Below are positions 29,242-38,783 of a stretch of 64,000 bases of DNA, piece after piece; positions within the stretch are counted from its first letter, which is position 1; the number at the start of each line of letters is the position of its first letter. The DNA is from an uncultured Candidatus Rokubacteria bacterium. GTDB taxonomy: Bacteria; Methylomirabilota; Methylomirabilia; Rokubacteriales; CSP1-6. Under the pieces are notes generated by a model, which saw only the letters and a list, made by a program, of their open reading frames with translations, searched no databases and was not told the DNA's origin. The translations under genes and the position numbers were made by a program. The DNA lies in assembly GCA_963754315.1 (NCBI GenBank), contig CAVWFS010000014.1:160001-224000 (forward strand), read 5' to 3'.

Positions 29242-30948
29242 CTAGTGCAACCCACCGTGGACAGCCTGGAAGCGGGCGTTTCGCAGCACACGACCAGGAT
29301 GGCTGCCCGTGTGTGCGCCCTTCTCCAGGAGGACCTCGCCGTTGACCACAGTGTAGTGAATGCCTTCGGCGAGCTCACGAATCCGCCACCCATTGTTGGG
29401 GAAATCGTGGACGACATCTTCAGGGGCCGATCGCACGGTATCGGGATCGAAGACCACGAGGTCGGCCGCCATCCCCGGCTGCACCAACCCCCGGTCGTAG
29501 ATGCCGAAGGCCGAGGCGGAATCGAAGGTCAGGCGGCGCACGGCCTGCTCGAGCGACATGATGCCCTTCTCGCGCACCCAGTAGCCCAGGAGGCGGGTGG
29601 GGTTGCCCACGTTGGAGTGAAACTGGACGTGGGCGCCGCCATCGGAGAGACCCACCACCGCGTAGGGGCTGCCGAGGATCTGCGCCACCGCCTCGGTATC
29701 CATGTTGATCTCGCCCAGCGAGAAGACCGTGCCCAGCTCCTCCTCCACGGCCAGGTCGAGGAACGCATCGAGCGGGTCCTTACCTTGCTCCTGGGCGATG
29801 GCCGCGATGCTCCGCTGGGTGAGCGTCCGGTTTTTCGGCAGCTGCGGTTCCTCCACGATCATCAAATCCCAGCGCTTTGAGAAGGTCGAATCCGGTCCCA
29901 GGGGCGCGTCGACCTCGGCCCGCAGCTTGGCGCGCACGGCGGGATTGGCGTAGGCGGAGAGCTTGTCCGCGTCGGAGCCCTGCAGGATCGGCAACCACGT
30001 CGGCATGCTGCGAAAGACCTGGCAGTTTTTCATGGTGAAGCGATTCACGATGCTTCCTGGATTGCAGAGCGGCACCGCCCGAATGCCCTTGCGACCAGTG
30101 GCCTCGACATGAGCCAGGTGCGTCTTCCACCGTCCCGGCTGGCGGGCCTGTTCCAGAAGCGTGTTGTACATCAGGGGACGGCCACAGGCCTGGGCCAACC
30201 GGCTCAGGAGACCGTCCTTCAGCTCGGGGTTGGTCCCACCGCCGCACTGGATCACGCCAGTGCCGACCTCGCGCAACACGTCGGCCAGGGCGAACAGCTC
30301 CGCTTCGGGCGCACAGGCGGCGGGAATGCGCGTCCCGTTGACATCGAAGTGGTTCATGTTGCGCGTGATGGACAGGCCGAGGGCTCCCGCCTCGAGGGCC
30401 TCACGCACCACCTGCCGCATGGCTGCCAGCTCCGCCTCCGTGGCCGCCCGTTCCGAGCAGGCGTCGCCCATGGCGTAGAGCCTCACCGCCGAGTGTCCGA
30501 CGAAGGTCCCCACGTTGACGCCAAGCCGCTGCCCGATGGCGCTCATGTACTCGGGGAACGTCTCCCACGTCCACGGCACCCCCGCCCGCAGCACATCCAT
30601 GGGAATCGCCTCGACGTAGGAGAGCATCCCGGCCAGCTTTTCGCGGGCGTGGGCCTTGACCGGCGCCAGCGCCAACGAGCAGTTGCCGATGATGACGCTG
30701 GTGGCGCCGTGGTGACACGAAAAGGTGCAGAGGGGGTCCCAGAGAACCTGGGCGTCGTAGTGGCAGTGATTGTCCACGAAGCCGGGCGCCACCACGCGCC
30801 CGTCGGCTTCGATCACCCGCCCCGCCGGCCCATCGAGCCGGCCCAGCTCGACGATCTTTCCCCGGGCCACTCCGACGTCACCGTGAAAGGCGGGCCGTCC
30901 TGAGCCATCGATGATGCGGCCGTCCTTGATCAGCAGGTCGTAGGCCAT
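29242..30948 (-). CDS. N-acyl-D-amino-acid deacylase-like amidohydrolase
   Basis: PGFVDNHCHYDAQ, GNCS, LSDGGAHV, AADLVVFDP. Confidence 0.9.
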   Translation of the reverse strand: MAYDLLIKDGRIIDGSGRPAFHGDVGVARGKIVELGRLDGPAGRVIEADGRVVAPGFVDNHCHYDAQVLWDPLCTFSCHHGATSVIIGNCSLALAPVKAHAREKLAGMLSYVEAIPMDVLRAGVPWTWETFPEYMSAIGQRLGVNVGTFVGHSAVRLYAMGDACSERAATEAELAAMRQVVREALEAGALGLSITRNMNHFDVNGTRIPAACAPEAELFALADVLREVGTGVIQCGGGTNPELKDGLLSRLAQACGRPLMYNTLLEQARQPGRWKTHLAHVEATGRKGIRAVPLCNPGSIVNRFTMKNCQVFRSMPTWLPILQGSDADKLSAYANPAVRAKLRAEVDAPLGPDSTFSKRWDLMIVEEPQLPKNRTLTQRSIAAIAQEQGKDPLDAFLDLAVEEELGTVFSLGEINMDTEAVAQILGSPYAVVGLSDGGAHVQFHSNVGNPTRLLGYWVREKGIMSLEQAVRRLTFDSASAFGIYDRGLVQPGMAADLVVFDPDTVRSAPEDVVHDFPNNGWRIRELAEGIHYTVVNGEVLLEKGAHTGSHPGRVLRNARFQAVHGGLH

Positions 30949-31127
30949 CTTTCCGCTCCTCTCCCCGGTTTCCGTCGGATTCTCGCCATCAGGGGCCACC
31001 CGCGCTCGCTAGCTGCCGCGAGCGTAGTCGCGCCATCGTTCGTCGTCAACAGAAGACTCGGTGCGCCTTTCGATCCAGACCACTGCCTCGGGGAGCCGAA
31101 CGTTCGAGCCGCCGGGAGGCGAGAAGT

Positions 31128-31157
31128 TTGACACTGCGGCGAGGGCCCGGCTAGACT
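31128..31157 (+). promoter_or_regulatory. Candidate sigma-70 promoter
   Basis: TTGACA-N18-TAGACT, about 185 bp upstream of the 31341 start. Confidence 0.45.
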
Positions 31158-31340
31158 CGCCGCGTTCAGTGTTCGGCCCCGGGAGGATCGACGGATGTTC
31201 CTCGATCGGGTTGCAGAACAAGACGAATCCTTTCGCGTGGGCGGCGGCGGCGATCGGGCTCCGCCGCGCAATGGCCATTGCCTGCTCCTCCGCACGAGTG
31301 TGCGTTCCCTCACCGGGGTTCCCCAACGAAGGAGGGCTTC

Positions 31341-32909
31341 ATGGCGTTCGTCACCGAACGGGCCTCAGCGGCCGCGGCCGGCATGAAAGGCTTGCGTCGT
31401 GTCCCGGATCCGTACCCGCTGACCTTGGCCGGACTGCTGGCTGCCCTCGGCCCGCAGGCCATCAACTTCGGCATCTCCATCGGCGGCGGCGAGGCATATC
31501 TGCTGCCGAACATCTCCGCGCGCGGCACCCTCGGCATGCACTGGCTGATGCTGGTCTCGGTCGTTCTGGAGACGGCTCTCGTCTATGAGTGCATCAAGTA
31601 CAGCGTCTGCACGGGCCGCTCGTTCTTCGCCGCGACCGTGGAGCTCGGGCCGCGCCGCTTCTGGCCGTGGTTCTGGGCGGTGGTGACCATTCTCACCTTC
31701 GCGTGGCCAGCCTGGATGGGGGGCGCGGTCATTGCCGCCCACCGCTTCACCGGCATCGGCAACCCCTTGCCGTTCGGTCCCCCGCACTACCTGTGGGCCG
31801 TGATCGCGCTGGTAGCCGTTCTCGTGGTCTTCTACTTTTCGAACCGCACCTACGTCTTCCTGTCCAAGTTTTTCACCGTGATCATGTTCGCCAACATCGT
31901 TCTCGTGCTCGCCATCACCTTGATCGCGGCCAAGCCCCAACACTACTGGCAGGTTCTGATGGGCTACCTCGGGATCACCTTCCTCCTGGAAGGCTATCCG
32001 GCAGCCTTGCCCAAGACCGACGCCCTCGCCCTCTTCAATCAACCCGGGGGGAGCCTGATGTGGGTCAGTTTCTGGGTCATCGGAGCCGGTTTCGGGATGG
32101 GCCGCTACGCCGGCCAAGTGACCGGCGTCCTCACACCGCCCGAGACGATCACGGCCGAGGAGATTCCCTGGGACGACAGGAATCCCGACGAGCGGCGCAA
32201 GATGCAGCAGTGGGTGAAGATCGGCGGCTATAGTCTGATTCTCTGGTGGGCCATCATCGGTGGATTGCTGATGACCTACCTCTACTCGGTGGCCGGACTC
32301 GCGTACCTGCACGAAGACTTCTTGAAGACGGGAAAGATCCCGAGTGGCGTGATGGTACCGATCCAGATGGCCACCATCGCTCAGGGCGTTCTCGGGCCCA
32401 TGGCCGGCTGGCTGATGCTCCTCTTCATCATGGTGACGCTCTACGACGCCCAGTTCCCTCTCTATGACACGTTCGTCGGACGCACGACCTGCGACGCCAT
32501 CGCCGTCACGACGGACTGGGAGAAACGACGTCCGTACCGCTTTTACTACTTCGTCGTGGTGACGGCAGCCGTGCTGGCCGGCTTCTATCTGATCACCATC
32601 GCGCAGCCGTTCATTCTCTGGATCGGGGTGGCCATCTCGGCCCTCGTGTATCGATCCATCGGCGCTTGGCAAATCCTGTTGCTCAACAACCGACGGCTGC
32701 CGGATGGCTTCAAGGTGAGCACGCTCAATACGTGGCTCTTGTGGATCACGGTGGTGACTGGCTTCGGCGGCGTCGGCACCTGGGCCGTGACCGTGCTTCC
32801 CGCAGGAGCTCTGCAAGAACTACAAGATCCTTTGTCCGTAGTGATCGCGCGAGGTCCGGACGGCGCCGTGGGCGGCTGGCCGGACCTCGCCTCCCTCCCG
32901 TTATCCTGA
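31341..32909 (+). CDS. Nramp-like (APC-fold) transporter; true stop may be 32841
   Basis: LGPQAINFGISIGGGEAYLLP, YSVCTGRSF, about 11 TM segments; an alternative frame near 32800 gives ...ELCKNYKILCP*. Confidence 0.75.
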   Translation: MAFVTERASAAAAGMKGLRRVPDPYPLTLAGLLAALGPQAINFGISIGGGEAYLLPNISARGTLGMHWLMLVSVVLETALVYECIKYSVCTGRSFFAATVELGPRRFWPWFWAVVTILTFAWPAWMGGAVIAAHRFTGIGNPLPFGPPHYLWAVIALVAVLVVFYFSNRTYVFLSKFFTVIMFANIVLVLAITLIAAKPQHYWQVLMGYLGITFLLEGYPAALPKTDALALFNQPGGSLMWVSFWVIGAGFGMGRYAGQVTGVLTPPETITAEEIPWDDRNPDERRKMQQWVKIGGYSLILWWAIIGGLLMTYLYSVAGLAYLHEDFLKTGKIPSGVMVPIQMATIAQGVLGPMAGWLMLLFIMVTLYDAQFPLYDTFVGRTTCDAIAVTTDWEKRRPYRFYYFVVVTAAVLAGFYLITIAQPFILWIGVAISALVYRSIGAWQILLLNNRRLPDGFKVSTLNTWLLWITVVTGFGGVGTWAVTVLPAGALQELQDPLSVVIARGPDGAVGGWPDLASLPLS

Positions 32910-33103
32910 TGGCGATCCTGTGGGTTGCCTTGATGGTGCTATGGCTGGCCGGTCTCCTCTTTGGAGTCTGGTGGGTCTGGCCTCACGTCGAGCGCATGAA
33001 GATCACCGCTGACTTGATCATCTCCCTCGTCTGGCTGGTCATTGGGGGCGCCGCCTGGGTGGTGGCGCTGAACATGGGGATCCAGCGTTACTGGCGACGA
33101 TGA
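32909..33103 (+). CDS. Small two-TM membrane protein
   Basis: MAILWVALMVLWLAGLLFGVWWVWPHVERMKITADLIISLVWLVIGG...; 64 aa. Confidence 0.6.
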   Translation: MAILWVALMVLWLAGLLFGVWWVWPHVERMKITADLIISLVWLVIGGAAWVVALNMGIQRYWRR

Positions 33104-33120
33104 GACCGGCCCGGTCGGCC

Positions 33121-35115
33121 TCAGCGCCCGAGCATGGCGCGCACGAGTGAGGGGCCGTGCTCCCAGGCCACCAGCATCACGCCCATCAGGCTCTCCCCGG
33201 CAATCCAGCCCGAGGCCACCGGAAAGGTGAACTCCTGCGCCCACGCCGGGTGCTTTCGTTCGACCCACCAGCCGAGCGCGCCACCCAGGAAGAAGAGCAG
33301 CCCGTAGTACCAGTGAAAGGTCCAGGCCAGCCCCACTCCGGCGGCCGAGGGAATGAGGTGCTGGCGCCTCGGAAACATCTGTGTCAATCCGGTCAGCACG
33401 ATTCCGACCAGCGCGCCGCCGACGATGGACCAGATCTTGACCTGCCCCAGGTCCGCGATCCCGTGCGACAACGCAAGGGCCACGGCGCGCCAGGTCTGAG
33501 CAGCCGGCGCGGGAAACTGATCCGACCCCAGCACGCTCGCGTCCGGCACCAGGAGCCTGAAAGCCAGTACGGTCACGATGGTGCCCACGAAGATGCCGGC
33601 AAACTGCGCGATGAACTGCTGGCGTGGGTTGGCGCCGAGCAGGTAGCCGCTCTTGAGATCGGTCAACAGGTCGGCGCTGCTGCCGGCGGCGGCCGCGGTG
33701 ACATTGGCGCTCATGAGGTTCACGTCCACGTTGCCCGGGCTCACTACCCCAAAGGTGAGCTGCGTGATCTTCCCCATGGCGCCCACCGGCGTGGTATCCG
33801 TTTCGCCGGTCACGCGGCAGGCCACCAGGGCTAGCACGAACGAAAGGAGCACCGCGACTGCCGTCTGCCAGTACGGCATACCGAAGGTGCGATGGCCGAG
33901 CCAGGCCAGCCCGACGAGCCCGACCACTTGGCCCCAGAGGAACCAGGAGCCCGGAGTCTCGATGGCCGCAGTCGGGTCGTCGACGCGCCGACGACCGACA
34001 CCAAGCATGGCGCCCAGATCGGCGAAGGCGCGCAGGGCGGTTCGCCACTGCAGGGCAAAGGAGAGCAGGCTCGCGCTGACCATGCAGGCCACGCCGCCCC
34101 AGAGCGTCCACTGCACCAGCGCGGCGTAGCCGGTGCCCTCGATGAGACCTCCCCCCTGCAGCGCGGGCACGAAGATCATCCAGGCCGTCACGCTTCCGAG
34201 GAGCATGCTCCAGCCCACGCGGAGTCCCGTGATGGCGCCGGCCGCGATGAACATGGGCTCCCACGAAATCATCACCGTCCGCCCCATCCAGACGGGTCCG
34301 AACAGGCGCTGGTTGAGGGTCGCCATCCACGATCCGATCATGAGCGGCGCGAGTTTCGCACTGACCAGTGACACGCCCTCGGCCCAGAGCTTCCCGACCA
34401 TCGCCAGCCCCGCTGCCCAGGCAAGAGCGCGCGCCGACCGCATGCCCTGGCCAGCCGTCGAGTGGAGCGCGCGCAGGGTCTCGGCCGCGGCGATGCCGCT
34501 CGGGAAGCGCAGCTGCTCGATGTTGATCATCTGCCGCTTCATGGGGATGGCCATGGTCACGCCGAGCACGGCGAGCAGGAAGACCCACCCGAGCATGAGC
34601 GGCAGCGACATCGTCGCGTTGCTGATGAGCATCCAGGCGGCGAAGGCCGAGATCAAGGTGCCGCCCGTCGAGTAGCCGGCGGAGCTGGCCGTCGACTGCA
34701 TGCAATTGTTCTCGAGGATGGTCATGGGAGTCCGCACGATGCCGGCGCGGTGCAATCCCGTCCAGATGGCATAGGAGAGGATGCACGCGGTGATGGCGAC
34801 CCCGAATCCCCACCCCGCCTTGAGCCCGATATAGAGGTTGGTGAGCGAGAGCACCCCGCCCAACAGCGATCCCATGAGCACAGCGCGCCAGGTGAGCTGC
34901 GCCATCGAGTCGCCGCGCCCGCGGTAGACCTGCTCGTACCACTGCCGCTCGATTTCCTCGGGGGTGCCTCGGAAGCCGTGGACGGGCACGGGAGAAAGTT
35001 CATGGCGGGCGCCGCCCCCGGTCGGCGGTGACGTCACCGCCGACGTCGGCTCAGCGTTCTCGGTGATGGTGCCGGGCTCGAGATCTTTGCTCACGACGCT
35101 CCTCGGGGCGAGCAT
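33121..35115 (-). CDS. OPT family oligopeptide transporter
   Basis: QLTWRAV, NLYIGLKAGW, LENNCMQSTASS, LRFPSG, GETDTTP, DLKSGYLLGANPR, SGWIAGES; start codon uncertain. Confidence 0.92.
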   Translation of the reverse strand: MLAPRSVVSKDLEPGTITENAEPTSAVTSPPTGGGARHELSPVPVHGFRGTPEEIERQWYEQVYRGRGDSMAQLTWRAVLMGSLLGGVLSLTNLYIGLKAGWGFGVAITACILSYAIWTGLHRAGIVRTPMTILENNCMQSTASSAGYSTGGTLISAFAAWMLISNATMSLPLMLGWVFLLAVLGVTMAIPMKRQMINIEQLRFPSGIAAAETLRALHSTAGQGMRSARALAWAAGLAMVGKLWAEGVSLVSAKLAPLMIGSWMATLNQRLFGPVWMGRTVMISWEPMFIAAGAITGLRVGWSMLLGSVTAWMIFVPALQGGGLIEGTGYAALVQWTLWGGVACMVSASLLSFALQWRTALRAFADLGAMLGVGRRRVDDPTAAIETPGSWFLWGQVVGLVGLAWLGHRTFGMPYWQTAVAVLLSFVLALVACRVTGETDTTPVGAMGKITQLTFGVVSPGNVDVNLMSANVTAAAAGSSADLLTDLKSGYLLGANPRQQFIAQFAGIFVGTIVTVLAFRLLVPDASVLGSDQFPAPAAQTWRAVALALSHGIADLGQVKIWSIVGGALVGIVLTGLTQMFPRRQHLIPSAAGVGLAWTFHWYYGLLFFLGGALGWWVERKHPAWAQEFTFPVASGWIAGESLMGVMLVAWEHGPSLVRAMLGR

Positions 35116-35209
35116 GCAACTGCGCGAGACGGCGCGGGCGATGCGGCCAGGGTAGTGTATCCATCGAGCAACGTTGACGTTCGGGAGGTCACCTCGTAAG
35201 GTGAGCGCC

Positions 35210-35812
35210 ATGAGGCAGGCGCCCTTGACACTCCGCCGCTGGACGAGGGGGGAATACGAGCGGCTCGTGGACCTCGGGATCTTCCATGGCGAGCCGCTCG
35301 AGCTGATCGGAGGCCAGCTCGTGGTGGCCGAGCCTCAAGGCAGCTATCACTCGAGCGGCCTCGGGTCGGCCGCCGATGTGTTGCGCGCCGCCCTGCCGCC
35401 GGGTTGGCTGGTCAGGGTTCAGATGCCGGTCGCACTCGACGACGAGTCCGAACCGGAACCCGATGTGGCCCTGGTACCAGGCGCCTGGGCCGACTACCGC
35501 AGCGCCCACCCGGGCCGGCCTGCGCTCGTCATCGAGGCGTCGGTGTCGAGCCTCGATTTCGATCGTCGCGACAAGGGAAGCCTCTACGCCCGGGCCGGCT
35601 TGCGGGACTATTGGATCCTGGATCTCGTCGCGCGTTTCCTCGAGGTTTATCGCGACCCCGCTCCTGATCCTGCGGCGCCCTACGGTTGGCGTTATCAGTC
35701 GCTCGACCGGCTAGTGCCTCCGGCCACTGTCTCACCGCTGGCACTGCCATCGGTGCGCATCCCCGTCCGTGATCTTCTGCCGCAGGAGCACCCGATGGAC
35801 CCGACCTTGTAA
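35210..35812 (+). CDS. Uma2 family endonuclease
   Basis: LELIGG, SEPEPDVALV, LVIEAS.SSL..DR..K..LYARAG..DYWILDL. Confidence 0.9.
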   Translation: MRQAPLTLRRWTRGEYERLVDLGIFHGEPLELIGGQLVVAEPQGSYHSSGLGSAADVLRAALPPGWLVRVQMPVALDDESEPEPDVALVPGAWADYRSAHPGRPALVIEASVSSLDFDRRDKGSLYARAGLRDYWILDLVARFLEVYRDPAPDPAAPYGWRYQSLDRLVPPATVSPLALPSVRIPVRDLLPQEHPMDPTL

Positions 35813-35826
35813 GGGCCCTAACCGCC

Positions 35827-37293
35827 TCAGCCCCCGTTGGCGAGAAGCTTCGCGACCGCTCCCTCTACCACCGTCCCCTTGAAGAAGTCGGGGTTGAGGG
35901 CAGTGTGTAGCCGGACGGGATTGGCGAAGACGAACTCCCGGAAGTCCTCCTCGCTCACCAGCCCGTGCTCGACCAGCTCGTGGGCTTCTTCCAGCACCTC
36001 GCTCATATCGACCACGTCAAAGTGGCCAACGTCGGAGGAGAAGATCGGCCGCAGCCGGTGATGTCCGCGCCGGTCGAATGCCCACGCCGTGATGGGGTCG
36101 TCCGCCTCGCACCCGAAATAGAAGCGCTCGCCGAAGTGTCGCCGCAACTCGTCGGCTGACCCGACGGGCACCTCGGCGAAATCGTCGAACTTCTGCTGGT
36201 AGGCGCGCTCGGTCAACTCCTCCGGCGTCTTGAACGCCTCGGCCAGATTGATGCAGCGGAAGATCTCGTCGGTCTTTTCCTCGTACGTGCGGCCGCCGTA
36301 CTCCCGGAAGAGATCCTTGAGGCGCTGCAGATCGAGATTGGTCGGCCGCGTCTGGCTTTCCATGGCCGCGCGACGCCGCTTTTCCCAGTGGCCCACCAGG
36401 TCGGTGATCAGGTTGCAGGCCCAGCCCACCCCGCCTTCCAGGAAGGCGAAGCGCAGCTGCGGGAAGCGGTGGGTGACCCCGCCCAGGATGAGCGCCTTGG
36501 CGAAGGCGTGGCTCGCATTGGCGAAATGGCCGATGTGGTTGTAGGTAAATGACCACACCGATTCGCGCCAATGAGTACCCATGCTGCCCGAGTGGGCGGT
36601 GACGGCTACCTTCAGCTCGGCGCACTTCTCCCAGAAAGGATCGTAGTCGTATGCGCTCTCGAAGCCGAGCGAGTCCACGTAGGTGCGCATCTCGTTTGCC
36701 TCCGCGCCCTCGCGCATGAAGGCGGGTACGGGGCGGCGGACGTGGTTGGCGATCATCAGCACCTTGAGGCCGAGCTCGCGCACGGCGTAGGTCGCCTCCT
36801 CGATGGCCTCCTGAGGCGTGTGCATCGGCACCACGGCGGCGGGGGTGATGCGATGGGCATAGGGGCGGAACATCTCCGCGTTCATCCGGTTGACGGCACG
36901 CGACACCGCTCGCCGGATCTCCTCGTCGGGGTTCGAGACGTAGAAGAGCCCGAGCGAGGTATAGAGGACGCAAAAGTCGAGCCCGAAGTCGTCCAGCCGC
37001 TCGTAGAAGAGCCGCGGCACCATGGCCGTGGCTCGGTCGAGGGTGCTGGCCGGCTCGCCCCACCAGGTGGGCCGGTGAATCCGCCGGCGCATTCGCTCGT
37101 CGGGCGGCAGGTCGTACCAGGTCGTCTCGCTTGCCTTCTTCACGAACCGATCCACCACCGATGGCCCGGCCACGTCACGCAGGTAGTCGAGGAAGATGGG
37201 GATCGGCTCCAGCCAGTGGCCGTCGCCATCGATGACGGGATGATCGAGACGCGACCGCACGGCCGCCGACTTGGAGTTCTTCGTGTATGCCAT
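35827..37293 (-). CDS. Amidohydrolase_2 family protein
   Basis: VIDGDGHWLE, YDPFW, AFLEGGVGW, FSSDVGHFD. Confidence 0.88.
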   Translation of the reverse strand: MAYTKNSKSAAVRSRLDHPVIDGDGHWLEPIPIFLDYLRDVAGPSVVDRFVKKASETTWYDLPPDERMRRRIHRPTWWGEPASTLDRATAMVPRLFYERLDDFGLDFCVLYTSLGLFYVSNPDEEIRRAVSRAVNRMNAEMFRPYAHRITPAAVVPMHTPQEAIEEATYAVRELGLKVLMIANHVRRPVPAFMREGAEANEMRTYVDSLGFESAYDYDPFWEKCAELKVAVTAHSGSMGTHWRESVWSFTYNHIGHFANASHAFAKALILGGVTHRFPQLRFAFLEGGVGWACNLITDLVGHWEKRRRAAMESQTRPTNLDLQRLKDLFREYGGRTYEEKTDEIFRCINLAEAFKTPEELTERAYQQKFDDFAEVPVGSADELRRHFGERFYFGCEADDPITAWAFDRRGHHRLRPIFSSDVGHFDVVDMSEVLEEAHELVEHGLVSEEDFREFVFANPVRLHTALNPDFFKGTVVEGAVAKLLANGG

Positions 37294-37337
37294 CGCTCGC
37301 CTCCTGTGGGAAGTGGGAGCCCCGACAACTGTTCGGG

Positions 37338-37784
37338 CTAGGCGGTCCTATCGCCGTTACCCCGGCCTCTGATGAGCGCGTCGATTCGGGCGATGAGAGC
37401 CCTGATGTCTGCGGAGACGGCCTTGACGTCCGCGGAGACGGCCTTGACGTCCGCGGAGACAGCCCTGACGTCGGTGGACATAGCCCGCTGGCCCTCCACC
37501 AGCAGCCGTTGGCCTTCGACCACGGCGTGCAGCACCTGCTGAGTCTCCAGGTGTTGCTCTCGGGAGCGCAGATCGAGCTGGGCGAACCGCTCCTCCTGGA
37601 GCCGATTGCCTTCTCGCAGCAGACGGACCATCTCCTCGCTCGTCTCACGCGTGGGCAGGCTACGGAACCCGCTGACAAGGGTTACCTTCAGGTCGGCGAA
37701 CCCCGCGCGCATCTCCGCGAACCCACGGGCGAGGTCGTCGTGCAGGGTGTCGAGGGTCACAACTCCTGGGCTTCGCTCAGCCAT
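37338..37784 (-). CDS. Hypothetical coiled-coil protein with heptad repeats
   Basis: ...VEGQRLLVEGQRAMSTDVRAVSADVKAVSADVKAVSADIRALIARIDAL. Confidence 0.7.
   Translation of the reverse strand: MAERSPGVVTLDTLHDDLARGFAEMRAGFADLKVTLVSGFRSLPTRETSEEMVRLLREGNRLQEERFAQLDLRSREQHLETQQVLHAVVEGQRLLVEGQRAMSTDVRAVSADVKAVSADVKAVSADIRALIARIDALIRGRGNGDRTA
37399..37482. repeat. 21-bp tandem repeat x4 inside the CDS
   Basis: gccctgatgtctgcggagacg / gccttgacgtccgcggagacg / gccttgacgtccgcggagaca / gccctgacgtcggtggacata. Confidence 0.9.
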
Positions 37785-37937
37785 TCGATGGCTCTCGGAC
37801 CGACGCTATCACGTCCTGCGTGCCGAGAAAATGTCTCCAATTCCAGACAGCTGCCGTGGTGTTACCACCTCACCGTGCTCAGAGCAGGATCCCCGAAGGG
37901 GTGGCGGCGCTCGCCCTGCCCACGCCGTTTCCGTCGG

Positions 37938-38783
37938 CTAGTTCTTGACCGAGCCGGCGGTGAGGCCGGCCACGTAGTGCTCGACGAAGAACGAATAGAT
38001 GACGGCCACCGGGACGGACCCCAGGAGGGCGGCCGCCATGAGCTGCCCCCAGTAAAAGACGTCGCCCCGGATAAGCTCGGTGATGGCGCCCACCGGCACC
38101 GTCCGCACCTCGCTCTTGGTGAGAAAGATCAGCGCGTAGAGGAACTCGTTCTGGGCCAACGTGAAGGCAAAGATTCCCGCGGAGAGCAGGCCCGGCGTGC
38201 ACAGCGGCAACACCACCCGCGTCATTGCCTGAAAGCGGGATGCCCCGTCGATACGCGCCGCTTCCTCCAGCTCGCGGGGCACGCTCTTGAAGTAGCCCAT
38301 GAGCAACCAAGCGCAGAAGGGTATGAGCAAGGTGGGGTAGGTCAGCATGACGGCCGAGAGCGTGTTGCCGAGGCCGAGCGTGTTGATGATGTCGGCCATC
38401 GGGATGAACAGCAGCGGTTGGGGAACCAGGTAGGTGGCGGCGACCCCGATGGCCACCAGGGCAGCTCCCGGAAAGTTCATCCGGGCGAGCGGATAGCCGG
38501 TCATCACGCCGAGCACCAGCGAGATGATCGTGGTGACCACGGCCACCAGCATCGTGTTGTACGTCCAGGTGAGAAAGTTGGTCTGCTCGAAGAGGTCGAT
38601 GTAGTGCTTGAGCGTTGGCTGATGGACGACGAGCGGCATGATCCGCTGACTGTACAGCTCGCGGTTCGGCTTGATGGAGGTGACGGCCATCCAGTAGAAG
38701 GGGAACAGCATGGCCACCAGGAACAGCGCGAGCGGCACGTAGATCCGCAGACATCGTCCCAGCAGCCCGCGCCCGCCCACCAT
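37938..38783 (-). CDS. Carbohydrate ABC transporter permease (MalG-like)
   Basis: PRELEEAARIDGAS EAA loop; FPFYWM; WGQLMAAA. Confidence 0.93.
   Translation of the reverse strand: MVGGRGLLGRCLRIYVPLALFLVAMLFPFYWMAVTSIKPNRELYSQRIMPLVVHQPTLKHYIDLFEQTNFLTWTYNTMLVAVVTTIISLVLGVMTGYPLARMNFPGAALVAIGVAATYLVPQPLLFIPMADIINTLGLGNTLSAVMLTYPTLLIPFCAWLLMGYFKSVPRELEEAARIDGASRFQAMTRVVLPLCTPGLLSAGIFAFTLAQNEFLYALIFLTKSEVRTVPVGAITELIRGDVFYWGQLMAAALLGSVPVAVIYSFFVEHYVAGLTAGSVKN

Noticed and set aside
37399..37482. Repeats as a possible CRISPR array
   Set aside because: Contiguous in-frame 21-bp units with no spacers and no cas genes nearby
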